DNA of 60,887 nt, filler included, from Sphacelaria rigidula (Eukaryota): NCBI GenBank assembly GCA_964200075.2. It is 7 parts of 7 records of this genome, joined end to end, with 100 filler letters (N's around TTAATTAATTAA, not from the genome) between each part and the next. Parts side by side here need not be neighbours in the genome. Positions count along the whole stretch, not along the records: positions 17,427 to 26,039 come from CAXNAA020010604.1; positions 26,140 to 34,752 come from CAXNAA020010605.1; positions 34,853 to 43,464 come from CAXNAA020010606.1; 4 more parts are not named here. One strand, written 5' to 3'. A model generated the notes under the pieces. That model was not told where the DNA came from, made no database searches, and saw nothing but the letters and a program-made list of their open reading frames with translations. The first letter of the stretch is position 1, and every line of letters begins with the position of its first letter. A program made the translations under genes and the position numbers. Of the stretch, positions 23,492-36,539 are shown piece by piece.

Positions 23492-25891
23492 GGAGCCGGA
23501 GGGGGGGACGATTCCATTCGTTTCTTGGGCGAGTAATCAATCCAAGCTGGGTGTTGAGGCTGGGGGTGGGATTGTAAGATCGCTGGAGGAATGTGTGATG
23601 GAGTTTCACGGGGGGGAAAGAGGCATCTCTCGAACTGACGCCCGGGCGCTTCCTGGACTGTTGGAAGCCCGTGTTTGGCTCGGAAACAAGCGCGATTGAA
23701 GCGTCTTTTGCCCCGAAACGTGAAACGTTTGAGTTCATACCAACCGGACGTGGAAAAGCACATTTGACGCGGAAAAGCACTGCTAGAAATCCGCAGTTTG
23801 GTCAAACAAATCGATGATTGCGGGGGAGGAGAATATGACCGCCCGTGGAATCCTTGCCACAGTCCCTGCATACGTGATGGCATTCGTGATGGCGAAAACG
23901 ACACTAACGCCCATCACTTTCCGCGAGGATTGAATGAAAAACGCCAACATAACCACTCGACGGAAAAACACGTTGTTATCCACATGATCATAAACATGGC
24001 AACCGCGTTTCAAGGAGTATATCATTGGCACCATGGTGCGTGGTACAGTAATGTAGTATTTATGGGAGTCTACGACAGAACATCGTTCACGAAGTGGACG
24101 TTGTTTCATGCATGCAGATTCAGATACGTACATGCGTACGGTGTGAGGTTGCTTCAGTCAGTCGCACAATAGTTACCCACGAAACAATGGATGAATGCAT
24201 GATTCATATTGAAGTACATGGATCTGGTCAACGGTACCCGTAGACTAGATATTCGAATACATCACCCCCCCTCCCCCTCCCCCTCCCCATGTGCTCATGA
24301 TCTTGCATGGCGTAGTCGTAGTCGTAAGACCATTGACCCCATAGAGGGGTGGAATTTTCGACGTTGGGGTGCTCAATAGTTGAAGAGGGTGATAATGATG
24401 GACGTTTTAATCCCTGGAAGCAGAATGCTACAGCAGAGAAGAGAAAAAGTTGGATTATTGTATCATGATTAATACGGGGTTGTAAAACATTGTTATACGT
24501 ATCTGTATGTCCGGTCGGATGGAATTCAGCAAGGTGGCAGCTCGCCGGCTACTACGACGCATGATAAAAAGTTGGTGGGTATAGAACCCGGCCGACAGCA
24601 CCCGGGGCGTAAGCAGCGATGTACACCGGAGACTTTGCTTACCATGACCCAGTATAGTACAGTATAGTATCTTCCAGCACGAAATATGTCTCTCGCGGTA
24701 GGTGGAAGGTGAAATTCAGCTGGATGTTTTCCTATCTCGTGAGCTCCGACTTGGTTTCGACCCGGCTTTTCGGCTTTTCCATGCGTGTTTTGACGATTGA
24801 TCATGGACATCGCAGACGCACGAGAGGAGGAGGAGAAATCTTCCTTGCTTCTCTGTACTGGTGGCTGCGCACGTTCGCTCGATATTTCAATGGTTATTTG
24901 ATCTGAAAGTGGTAGAAAGCATGGCCAGGAGTGACGTGGATTCCATCATTAGTAGGGAGTAGCCTGGCTGTGAGCGCGCGCCTCGAGCTCTCCCTACCTG
25001 CGCCTGTTGTGTATTATTGTTCCCGCTTCAGAAGCCAGCAACAAGCAGCTGAAGGAGCATGCATGCTCCACGTACCAAGAAACGCTGCCTCTCTCTCTAC
25101 CCGCTAAACGCAGGACGTCACAACACGCCACACACTCCCGAGAAATACGACCCAGACAACAGCTGACCGTTGGAGCACACTCTAACGAAAACTATCTTGG
25201 CATATAGTGCGGGTTTGAGTGATGATGTCCGCACCAATATGCCACTACAGTCTGCTAGAGGTCTCGGAGGCGTGAGCTGGGGAATCTTATCCTCCCGCGC
25301 TGACTGACATCGTGCGCGGGTAATCCTCGACTGCTGCTGTTGATGGGAGCCTCTGCCCCCTCCCTGCCCCCTTGTCCGCGGAGAGGCCTCGTAGAGGCGC
25401 TTGTCTCCTCTTCCTGTGCCCACGTCCACGCCAAAACACGCAATTGGAACATTGGGGAAACGAGTCACAGCGGATATTACAGTGATAGAACAGAAGTTTG
25501 TTTTTCTATCAGCGCCTGTCCGGTGTCTGTTTCTTTTCTGTCGTCGAGACTGGAGGTACAGAGGTGCTCACCATGATAACTGTTTTTATTTGTTTGAATT
25601 GATTGATTGGGATATTGATTGTCTGGTTGATTGCGGCACAATACTTGATTTCGGAGGAACCCAGCCGCCGTCACAAGATAGACGTACCCACGGTGAACAG
25701 ACCGGAAATTTCGCTGGAGGAAAACTGAAACGGGGAGCAGGCAAATGAAAGACAACGGAATTAGAAGTAGAACAGTCCGAATGAAGTGAGCTGAAACGGC
25801 ACATGCAAAAATAGACAGGGAAATTCAAAGAAATGAGAATAAAAACATGGATAGCCGGTGTCGACGAAAATACTCAAAATGATGACCAAGG

Positions 25892-25901
25892 AGAGAGAGA
25901 G

Positions 25902-25961
<60 letters not shown>
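25892..25961. repeat. (GA)n microsatellite
   Basis: Seen directly. Confidence 0.95.
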
Positions 25962-25966
<5 letters not shown>

Positions 25967-26039
25967 AAAAAGGGGAACAGGGAGACGAGAGAAAAAAAAG
26001 AGAGGAGAAGAAGAACACACACCCAACACGGCACACACC

Positions 26040-26139
26040 NNNNNNNNNNNNNNNNNNNNNNNNNNNNNNNNNNNNNNNNNNNNTTAATTAATTAANNNNN
26101 NNNNNNNNNNNNNNNNNNNNNNNNNNNNNNNNNNNNNNN
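26040..26139. other. Artificial scaffold linker
   Basis: N44-TTAATTAATTAA-N44. Confidence 0.99.
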
Positions 26140-26399
26140 TGTTGGGTTTCTGGTACAGACAGTTGTTTGTTGTGGATGCTACGTACAGATGGCATATTCC
26201 ATGTTCTCATGGTCGATTATAGGACACTCTGAACAGATTCTGTTTTTGCTGATAGCGGTATGCCGCGTGTAGGGTAGACACGCCCTGTCTGTTGTGTTTC
26301 CATAACGATGCTGCTTGACCAGAACCCGAGGGAGATCATAGTTCCTTGTTTTCTCTCCTCGTTACCGTCCGGTAGTCCTTTATCGTTTTTCTTGTCTTT

Positions 26400-26727
26400 T
26401 TTGGATCTTCCTATCTACCGTTTTTCAGTCTCCGGTGCGCAGGCTCTGTAGAGCATCTCTTTGAACAGCACTCCAGACAGTAGATCTATTTTGGGATTGG
26501 TCACTGTTATGTGCGACAGTCTCGATTATCGGCTAACTTGCTCGTTCCGTTCGGCCATTCTCTTTTTTTCTTTTTCTGTTCCTATTTGTTTCTGTTCCTG
26601 TTCCTTCTGTTTTTTTCCTTAGAGCGTGTTTGAGTTTCGTTTTTCTTAGGTACGTCTATTATGAGACCACGGCTGGACCCCGGGGGGGTCAGTTGAAGTG
26701 CGACAATCAATCAAAAAGCAATCAATC
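26400..26727 (+). mobile_element. LINE 3' UTR with (AATC)n tail
   Basis: T-rich region ending GAGACCACGGCTGGACCCCGGGGGGGTCAGTTGAAGTGCGACAATCAATC; the 5' limit is uncertain. Confidence 0.6.
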
Positions 26728-26805
26728 GCTGTTATTACTTTGTGTATACACCAGTACGTGACAAAGTAGTCGGAGAGGTCACACGCGGGGACTGANNNNN
26801 NNNNN

Positions 26806-26980
26806 CATACGGATCTTTCGTAGTGTGGGTGCCCTTTTTATCGTGTAGATGTTTTCGTTTCTTGCCTCCTTCTGCGGGCTGTTTGGCTTATGGGCATATT
26901 GGTGGTATGCTCCTTGCACTCTATGACCACGGGTTCGAGGGATCGAGCTAATGTGATGGATATAAAATAATGATAATAAC
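26806..26980 (-). repeat. Interspersed repeat family C
   Basis: Inverted homolog of 33135-33310; a downstream part of the family occurs at 17257-17326. Confidence 0.75.
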
Positions 26981-28449
26981 AACCTATCATGGCGATCAAA
27001 TGGTCAAATTCATTGCCACTATATGGGCTCTTGGTTTGCGGGGGCGGTCAGTACCTCAGGTTCACTTTTGATTGTGATGCCTTGTGTTGAGCCTTCGTAC
27101 ATACTCATCATCCATGTTGCTCTTCGGGCTGAAAACGAAAAACAAGAAAATGAACATCGAACCGGCATCATGCTCATGAAACACTCAGAAGGCCCGACAA
27201 TTTTTTCCCGCCGCTTTTCATCAACCATTTGGCAGGGGAAATTAGGCAATCTGTTGAAGTGGCATCAATTTCACTCAATGAAAGTGTCCATGATCCAGAT
27301 TTGTTACCGTGCTCAGTCCATCAGCTTACACAACGCACACAGCTTATCACCGGTGCTCATGTACCTTGGATGTCGATCCACTGATCGTGGCGGCGAAGCC
27401 GGAGAAACGCTACGTTGCGGTTGTCGTGTGCTCAACTGTCCTGCTATTTCTGGAGCCTGTTTCGTACAATGGGTCATGTCTGTGATGTTGAATCCGTGGT
27501 TGTCCGTGTTTCGGGAGATATCGGTCGCTACTGTTGATCGAGTGTTCTTTGCTGTTTATGGACAGCTTTCGCACGACAGGATTGTCATGTTGAATCCGTG
27601 GTCGTCGTTTACCGTGTTTTGGGGGATATCGGTCGCTACTGTTGGTCGATTGTTGTCTTACTTCTTCCGTTTCTCTTATATATCCACTACATTGCGGGTA
27701 TTGCCTGCTTCGTTGTTGCCCACGAAGGAGGGGGAATGAATATTTTATGCATTTTCAGTTGCTGTTTCTGGACCCTGTTCCGTACGATGGGCGTTTCTGC
27801 GGTGCAATAGTACTGGACTCATGGTTGCGAACATTCGTGTGTGTCCGTCGCAAGTCTTTGTGTCCCCGGGTATCGGGTTCCTATTCGTTGCTGTGGGTGG
27901 AAAACGTAAATGAGTGTCTTCGTATCTGTCCTTCGACGGTGGAGGTAGTCTTTTGTCCGTTCTACCGTATCGGTACAATCGCCAAAACATTATTAAGCCT
28001 CTTCTTCATTCCCTGCCCCCGGGACACGGGTCTCCATATGCACACAGCGCAATAAACTGCACTTGAAGCTATGATCTGTTCCGTCACCTAATGCGAGCAA
28101 CGGTGACCGGTCCTCATGTACCTTGGCTATCGATCTCATTGAGCGTGGCGGCGGAAGCCGCCTAACTCCTTATATATATATATATATTGATGGGACAATA
28201 TGTGTTCAATCCCACGGTGCCAATATATATTGGGCGGGCAATATGTTCGCAGTCCTACGGCACCAATATGTATACATAATAAGTATATACAAACTTTCCT
28301 TTCGGGAGGTTGGTACGCGCATCCCGGGGGTGACGCAAGTCGAAAATACAGGGTTCAGAGAGGCTGTTGTATCTCAATGTACAGCAGTGATCGTGGCTTG
28401 ACAAAACATCGCATGTGCTATTTGATGGTGGCTCCGGATAAGGTTCACA

Positions 28450-29000
28450 AACTTGAGTAACACGGATGTGAAGGTTGTACAATGGTTGTGTGGCAATAAT
28501 TTCGACATGTGTGGCATATGCGTACGGATGCGGCATGAGCTGAAGGTAATGTTGAACACTATTGTACGTTTGGTCGGGACAACCAGCGGTCCGTATCTGC
28601 TCGCGAAATCAGTTCCAGCCGAGATTGAAGCATGTAGGGTCACTCCCCCAGAATCTGGGATTGGATCATGAGTTCGGAAACGTGTCGGATAAGTTGCATT
28701 CTCACTAATGTATGCGCATTTGGGTCGTTGAAAAGTCGTCGGGCAATACATCGTAGCAAGCAAGCTCCGTCTCCGATTTCATTAACTCATTCCCAAGTTC
28801 CTAGCGGATGTTGTTGGTTATCGTAATCATGGTTGTCATCATTGTGGCCGCCACAATCGCTGTCACCGTCACCGCTGTTGGAGCCTGTGTCACCGCTATC
28901 TCCATGACCACCACTATTCTTGTCGCCTGAAGCAGTGTGGTTGTTACCATGACCGCGACGAGACAATGCAGTATCAAAGACTGGAGGAGGCTGCCCTGTG
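28450..29000 (-). pseudogene. Possible degenerate Ty1/copia gag-protease fragment
   Basis: Minus-strand IPDSGGVTLH resembles copia protease (W)ILDSGAxxH, followed by HMPHMSKLL..CTTF and preceded by a low-complexity linker. Heavily decayed. Confidence 0.3.
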
Positions 29001-30506
29001 GCAGCAATGATAAATTCCGATTACACAACGTTATGGACGTGTGGACATCGTCTAAAAGGCGATCCTCTCAGGGTTAGGGTCAGGGTAACCTAGGCCGACG
29101 GCGGAACCGCCGGCGTAGGATGTATGTGGTATTCCCGAGGTGCCGGAGTGCGAAGTAGCTCTCGTGCCACAAAGACATGACAACGGGAGGCACTTCCAGT
29201 AAAATTGGAATGCGTGGAACATTCTCGGCATGTTCTTTGTCACTTCGTAAGCTCGCGGGTATGTTTTTTCAGTGCTTCGCTTCTTCTCTGCACATGAGAG
29301 TTGCGTTTTTTCTACAACCGGCTGAACTTTTCACCGGGTCTTTTTCTTTTACAACTCCACGTACTACGTGCTTTGGGTGCTACTACCCGCGCTTATAGGG
29401 TACTGCGTTTTTCCAGCCCCGCCCGAGAGAGAAAACACTGATACGATACGACCGAAGTGGAAGTTTGTGGTGCTGCCACATGATGTCGCCTACCTAGCTA
29501 CCTACCTAGCCATATAATCCGCTCGCGTCGGTAGTCGTTAGCGCACGTGCATGAAATTATTCTTGTGTTTGGGGAGAAACCCCCGAGCCCTACAAACTCT
29601 AGGTTGCAGACTTACTGCACTGCACGGTCTTGTCTCGAAAATAATTAGTACAGTTTGTGGTCTTGTCAAATAGTGTCGGCTAGCCACCTACCTACCGAGC
29701 CATATATTCCGCAGAGTGGTGGGTTCTTGTCTGAAACGATTGCATATCACTGTGGCTTCCACATCACCTGGCCTTTTTTCATCAGGGTGATTATTCTTTG
29801 CGGCAAAATATATCTGTGCTGCCGTGCTGCTGTGCATTGTCCAACTCGCCGACGGCCCCAACTCGCCAACGACACACCACACGGTCTTGTGTTTGTTGCT
29901 GACCAAGGCTAAGGCAATGTTCAATTGTTTTCAACTACTTTGCTCTCATGTTCTCGTGACATTGACGGCATAACCGGTGTGTTCGTGCTCCCAAATGAAC
30001 GAGAGCACGACAAAGAGAGACGGGGAAAAAATAACCCGCCAAAAGTAATCATGTTTCAAGTCTTCCATGATCTTGCACAGGCTTTCGTGGTTCGGGTTCC
30101 TCTTTGAAGTTTTTTTATGATCTTGAAAAGGCTTTTGTGGTTCGGGGTCGACACCCCGCAAAAAGGACCAGTTTGAGCGACTTTCAGTGGCCGGAGCACG
30201 CGCCGCAGGTATCAGATGACACCCAAACCTGAACGGTAATGTACCGCATTCGTAGTGGACTGCAAAAAAAAACGCGGGAAATAATGCCTTACTGCCAGAG
30301 AAAATACGGCAAAAGTGGTGAAAAACGTGAAATGATACATGTACATATTGGGCAGGCAGTACGTGTGCAGTCCCTGGGTACCAATATATATAACGCCGGC
30401 GACGTCCCCATATTCCAATATGATCGACTGATATATGCTGGAAACATACCGTATTGTCCAGGGTGCGATACAACTGCATCGCTCGACGTCAAAATGAGGT
30501 ACGTAC

Positions 30507-30704
30507 CTGGAAGAAGGTTTTTGTGATGATCGGAGTGTTGGCCCAATCCTGACGCATTCTGTCGATGAAGTTCGCCTCTCCGAAGTCCTCCTCATCTACG
30601 ACGCCTTCGTCCTCATCAGCATCAAATATACCATCTTCTTCCTCCTCTTCTTCTCCCGCCTCCTCCTCTGATGAGCTAGTTCCTCCACCGCGCAGCCGAC
30701 ACAT
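30507..30704 (-). CDS. Exon 2 of a Derlin (Der1-like), probably periplastid SELMA sDer1
   Basis: Acceptor TTTTCCTCTTGCATTTATGCGAATTACAG|, donor CAG|GTACGT; 66 codons MCRLRGG-(acidic)-DFGEANFIDRMRQDWANTPIITKTFFQ. W..TPxIT is the Derlin N-terminal signature. Confidence 0.75.
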
Positions 30705-32027
30705 CTGTAATTCGCATAAATGCAAGAGGAAAAAAAAGTGATGGTGCTGTATGTGACCATTCTGAAGACGATACAAGCATACCAGTACCAGGCCAACCGG
30801 AAACGTCCTGCCACCACGATACGATCTGAATCACCGCTAGAACCAGCCGCGGCGGCAGCCGAGGACGGCAGATGTGGTAGCGCACGCAGCCGAGGAACAC
30901 GGTGGTACTCATTTCAGCATTTTGTTTCGCGTGGGTGACTCGGTTGTCTCGTCGCCCTTTCAAGAAGATTGCGCTGGTTGTCAGTCACCCAAATGCTTGG
31001 ATTATGGGCCTTGAGCAAGCATACCGCGATTTTGTGTCAAAATGTTTGACATCTCACGTTTGCGACGTGCTGCCGTATCAAGATCATACACTCCGTCGAT
31101 CTTTTTGTTGAAGAGCACGTGATTATCCTCACGCCCCACCCCCCTGCTGGTATTGTGAGTAGATTTTCATCGATCACACTCAGATTTTCAACCCGTCAAG
31201 CACTTACAGATGTGTGGCGCGATGTGTGGCACTCTCTCACGCATGAAGGCAAATGCACGATTCAAGTGATGGATACCCTGGGGGTTTCAGGGCATGGGCT
31301 GCGATTGCACACCCATGCATCGCGAAAATATTGGCGCTTTCCCCCCACACTTACAACTTGCAGTGAAGCGGTCGCAGTCATCGTGAGGAATCCTCAGCCC
31401 CGAAAACACTTGGATAGCGCACAGGGGTGTTAAACCCCGTCACGTAATGTAGCCTCGACATCTCTACCTTACTGATGGACTGTGGTGTTTGTTGACAGCA
31501 AGCAATGCGGGCAACGGTAGAGCAAAAAACGGCCGATCGTACTTGTGACACTCCCACTCGCATAGTTACACACGAATATGAAGAGACAGTTGTCCAGCGC
31601 CAAATCTGGACACGTGAAACGACCCCGATACTAGGTACGGAGGCCACCCAGATGGAGCACGTGTCAACCCTGCATTGCAGTAGTTCAGACAGTAATACTG
31701 GAGGTAAAGTAGGACCGACATAATCTGACCTGATCAGGCAAACACCCGGTCAAACAATCAAAAGCACAGTAGAACGAGCTAAAACTCTCTGTGTTGCATT
31801 GCATTAGCAGCATTAAACATACAACAAGTGAATGAGCACCTTTTGGGGCCACACTCACCGCAAGCTCACTGCCGTGGCGGTAGTGAAGAGCACACACTAC
31901 TCGCAGGGTAGAATGGAGTAGTATAGAGCACTACTGTCTGTCGTATAATAGTATACAACCGTGCTGCCTGTACTGCCGTCCGCAATTGAACATGCGAACC
32001 AGGTACTCAACACACGCTCTCACGCAC

Positions 32028-32366
32028 CGTCACCAAACCCCATGCGCCTCTGCGACCACGATTACCGCGAGGAGAACAGGGCTGAACCTCCGTCCCTCCC
32101 GATCCAACCACCGTAGGCGCCCCATCTCGCTGCTGCCACTTCTGCTGCTCCCCACGGCACCATATCGAACCTGCTATACCCTCTGGCCCCAGCGCATCGT
32201 TGCTCCTAACACCACCTGTCTTGCAGCTCCCTGCTGTGGAGAGTGACAAGCGGTGCAGCAATGGTCCTGCATTGGCTGCACCAGCCTCGAATGGTAACAG
32301 AAAAACCGAAAGGAGTGCAATAACTGCCAGTGGCTGCACTGCGCATGAGGGACGCCGCCGCAACAT
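32028..32366 (-). CDS. Exon 1 of the Derlin gene: signal peptide plus transit-like leader
   Basis: ATG at 32366; hydrophobic LAVIALLSVFLLPFEAGA; donor ACG|GTGCGT in phase 0 joins exon 2 in frame. Confidence 0.65.
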
Positions 32367-32586
32367 GGGCGCAACCTGAGAGAGACGCGAAGGGTAAGGT
32401 GGGAGATGAGGATTGACACATGAAACATGACAATATTCATGCGGTACACATGATCAACCAGGACGAGTACAGCACACCAGTTTGGAAGCCCAGCCACAGG
32501 ACACAACTGGCAGTGAAGTAGCGATATCTGCGGTGGTGCAGAGAGGGACGTGCATGTGAAAGATTTCTACTTGCAAGAATTAAAAT

Positions 32587-32838
32587 ATGGAACTGAGAAA
32601 ACGCAGAAGCAAGAGCGAGAACAAGGAAAGGTTCGCCCGGGAAAACACCGACGGGAAGCAGGCGACCCTGTTTGTTCCGAAACAGCAAAACAGCAACAGC
32701 GAGACCGTCCGCACTCCGACATACACCACAGGCCTTGCTGGTGGTGGCGCTGATGATGATTCGATTAATACTGAAGATGCTGTTGTTGGTGCTGCCGTGC
32801 GAGGCGGATCCTTGTTGATGCTGCTGGCTATCATTCAG
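32587..32838 (+). CDS. First exon of a membrane protein, probably RFT1-like (MOP family, ER lipid-linked oligosaccharide pathway)
   Basis: 84 codons ending VVGAAVRGGSLLMLLAIIQ|GTTCGC, resembling the start of RFT1 TM1 (VLGxAARxASxxLLLQ). The family call rests on a short match only. Confidence 0.5.
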
Positions 32839-33134
32839 GTTCGCGTTGGCACCTTTCAATCAATTTGTCCATCAATGAAGTAAATACTGGCACAAATCAA
32901 GTGTCCGCAGCGGAGTATTTGGATGCGTTGGAAGATTGCTGGGAAAACGTACCTGCATCAGGTCTGGGCTAGGTAGAAGTTGAGGTGCCGATTTTAGGTG
33001 GGTATCAAGAGGTGGTACGGGGTAAGGGGGTGGTGTTCACAATGCCAGAGGGCGCCTACAGGAGCAAGGGGTGTCATTAGCTATCATGGGGGTGTTATCT
33101 CCCGTCATGAAAGTAAACGTATGACATGATGTAT

Positions 33135-33420
33135 CATTATTATATCATTATTATATCCGTCACATTAGCTCGATCTCTCGAATCCGTGGTCACAGAGTGC
33201 AAGAAGCATACCACCCATACCCATAACCCAAACAGCCCGCAGAAGAAGGCAAGAAACAAGACATCTACAGTACACGAAAAAAGGGCACCTACAGTACGAA
33301 AGATCCGTATGAGACCGATTGAACTACAGGATACCTCCTCGTACGAGATGGGCCAGCCAAAAAAAGGATTTAAGCTCTCAAAGCGATGTCTCAACGACAC
33401 AGACGAGTTGGGCCGTGATC
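33135..33420 (+). repeat. Interspersed repeat family C
   Basis: Homologous to 26806-26980 (inverted) and 17257-17326. Confidence 0.75.
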
Positions 33421-34245
33421 CGCATATCGTATTAATCGTCTAGTCAAGGGGAAGGCTCCCATCTGTTCAAAAATCTGGGCCAATTTTTTTCTCGTCGAGT
33501 AAACTCCATGTATAGTAATTCTTATACCTAGCGGAGATAGCGTCCACACTAAAATGTATATGAAACCCCGAACGATCGATCAAGCGGATGTTGACTATTT
33601 TTGGTGTGGACCTTCCCTGGAGCACGGGGAGACGGTGGATACCCTCATTTTCACCTAATTCGTCATCTATCTCGAGAAGTGGCGCACATAAGGTTCTATA
33701 CTAAAGTCAGTATACTACGAGCAGAGGCACTAGATGACCTAAATCTGGATATCGCGTCTCAGTTTTTGAGAGTTGTGCTATGAAATTTGGTATGGAGAAC
33801 CGCTAGTGCATAATGAAATAAAAAACACAGCTTTTTTGTTTTCTTTTCGTTGTTTCTCATCTTTTTTCGTGTTCTCAGGGAGGTTTTGAGGAAAAATGAA
33901 CATTGCTCTTGGGCCTGATGTCAAGTTTTCAGCTCAATTTTTATAATTGTGATTTGAAACTTGGCATGGAAAACGACAGAAGTATGCTGAGAAAAAAAAA
34001 GTAGGCCTTTATTTTATTTTATTTTCATGAGAGGTTCGGGCGTTCTCGTAAAAAAATCATCGTTACCATACTGAAACGCCCTCAATCACTGAAAAATAAA
34101 AATAAAACCCAACCTCATCCATTTTTCTTGGTTCATCACGACCTAGCAAGGTCCCGCACAAAGTTTCAACCCACAAACACCAGACGTGGGACGATAAACG
34201 GCCTGTAAAATAATGTTCCGAATTTCCGTCGCCTCGGTTTCTCAA

Positions 34246-34516
34246 AGGTAAATTCGCAATTTTCTTCCTGGAGTTGGAAAGTGAAATTTGGTATGGACAA
34301 TCAACAGGGCATGAAGAAAAGCTGTATGTGAGGTCCCGGCGATTTTTTTTTTTTCGTGAGTTGAAGGCAAAAACAGTCTTGAGGTTTTAGTAAAATACCC
34401 TTAACTCACGAAAAAAAAATCGTTGGGACCTCACAGACAGCTTTTCTTTATGCCCTGTTGATCGTCCACACCAAATTTCACTGTCTAACTCCAAGAAAAA
34501 AATTGCGAATTCGCCT
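34246..34516. repeat. Fold-back inverted repeat (~115-bp arms), MITE-like
   Basis: AGGTAAATTCGCAATTTT...CGTGAGTT paired with AACTCACG...AAAATTGCGAATTCGCCT. Confidence 0.85.
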
Positions 34517-34752
34517 GCAAAGTACACATCCGCTTGTGGGCTGGCCCAGCCTGTACTGGGATCTACGAAATCCCCGCGTGTGACCTTTTCGACTACTTTG
34601 CCACGTACTGGTGTATACACAGAGTATTACGGGGGAACATTGTTAGTTGGGACAGAAAACGCGCGAAGACAAAAAATCAAGAAAAATTTATGTGACGGAT
34701 AATTTTAGTCATACCCATTTGCACGATATTTTCATCTGCAGTTTTAGACAAA

Positions 34753-34852
34753 NNNNNNNNNNNNNNNNNNNNNNNNNNNNNNNNNNNNNNNNNNNNTTAA
34801 TTAATTAANNNNNNNNNNNNNNNNNNNNNNNNNNNNNNNNNNNNNNNNNNNN
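34753..34852. other. Artificial scaffold linker
   Basis: N44-TTAATTAATTAA-N44. Confidence 0.99.
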
Positions 34853-35096
34853 AACCCCATCGGGGGTCCGCCCCTACAAAGCCGGGACGGAGCACGCCGG
34901 GTTCTCGCCGGACCAGGCTGGCAATATTGTTGGTAGGGTAAATTATAGCTTTTGTGGGAATTGGGTAACACCAGCCGGTGCAAACGACAGATGATGATGG
35001 AGGTTCAAGCAGCTACGATCGACCCATATGCAGCAAAATCTGGTGAGACGTAGACAGTAATCTGCCTCACCATTTTTTCATCAGCTAGCCGGTGGA

Positions 35097-35460
35097 CCCT
35101 GTGGCTCAGTTGGTAACCTCGAAATCTTGCGACGGTTGAAACATGGATTCGAATGTCGGTGAAGTTTTACGATCTTGTTTTTTTTCTTGCATCATACCCT
35201 ACAGTGGAGAGCAACTATCTATGTCGTGGGTAAACACAATTAATTCGACTTCACGGTTTGGCGAGGGAAATGGGACCCCTGACTCCGTCTCGCGATAAGG
35301 AAGGCAATCACAACAAGAAGAAGGAAAGTGGCGTACAAAACAAGAAAGAAGAAATCACGTGTTGACCTTCCTCCTGTGTAATCCTGGCTGATGCGGCCGC
35401 ACATACTGAAATAGTTAGACCGGCGTTTAGAATACATTGAATGACAACACAGCACACACA
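35097..35460 (+). mobile_element. tRNA-derived SINE, family 2
   Basis: A-box TGGCTCAGTTGG, B-box-like GATTCGAATG; body homologous to 14960-15275; CA-rich tail. Confidence 0.7.
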
Positions 35461-36539
35461 GTAGGCGTTCTAGCGATACCTCTCCCGTCTCCTGGGATAT
35501 AGTCATTGTTTCGTAAGTTGCAGGTCAAGAACCGGTAGGTGAGACCCCGAGCGTACTAGGAGAGGGATCTAATGATTACATTCCCGGGGTGGAAGCAGTG
35601 GAAGGACATCATCACATATGAATTAAACAGGACATAACAGTTGCATTCCCATGTCCATCTTCCTCGGTACGCTTCGAGACAAAACGTTGGGTAACACCCT
35701 CATGAGCGTTTTTGAAAGGAAGGTTGAACGTCTTCTCCTGAAGGTATTGGGGTGAGGGATTATAATGAATAAATGGTACAACGGGTAATGTGTATAAGAG
35801 TTTTAGTAATACATTTCTGCTTCTGACAGGTATCGCCACCCCTTCCTTACGCGTCAAAATGGTAGATATCAACAGCCCCCTAAGCGTATTTGAAGAGGGG
35901 AGAAAAGTACGCTGTCTCTGAAGTGTGAAGGGCTGGGGGTTATCGTATGTGAATGAAATAAGACAGCGATTGTAGAGGCACCTTTGCCACCCCCAGGATT
36001 ATTTTCCTTGGAATGTTACTGGCCACAATGTCAGGTAACCTCCTGCGAGATTTTGATAAGTGGGTGGAACGATTCCCCCCCCCAAATAACGGCTATCATC
36101 ATATGATGGTGATTACGGAACACTTTTTCCAGAATATCTTCATGTAATTTTTTTGACCAACTCACGTAAAATATTTTTGTCAAACCGCGAAACGTTAGGC
36201 GAGCCGCGCAAATGACGGGGGATAAGAGACAGTTCCAAACAAGAATTGAAAAAGTGAACACACCGTACACATGGGGGAAATCTTACATTTCCCTTATTTT
36301 ACTGGCTTAGCGTCGCTGTCGAGTTGCTCGCGTTTGATTTAGAAAATGAGCACAAAGTCCATCCGGTCACGGACTGATACTAGAGTGACCGAGTATGCCG
36401 GGTAACCTGCGAGTATCAAACTGGTTTTGAAGCCAATTTTGCCCACTCGTAGTTCGGGTCACCTTTGTATCATGTGTATGTACTGCTAGTGGTGGGGGGT
36501 ATGAGACTACAACACCTTTGTAAAAAACGCCTTGGCTGA

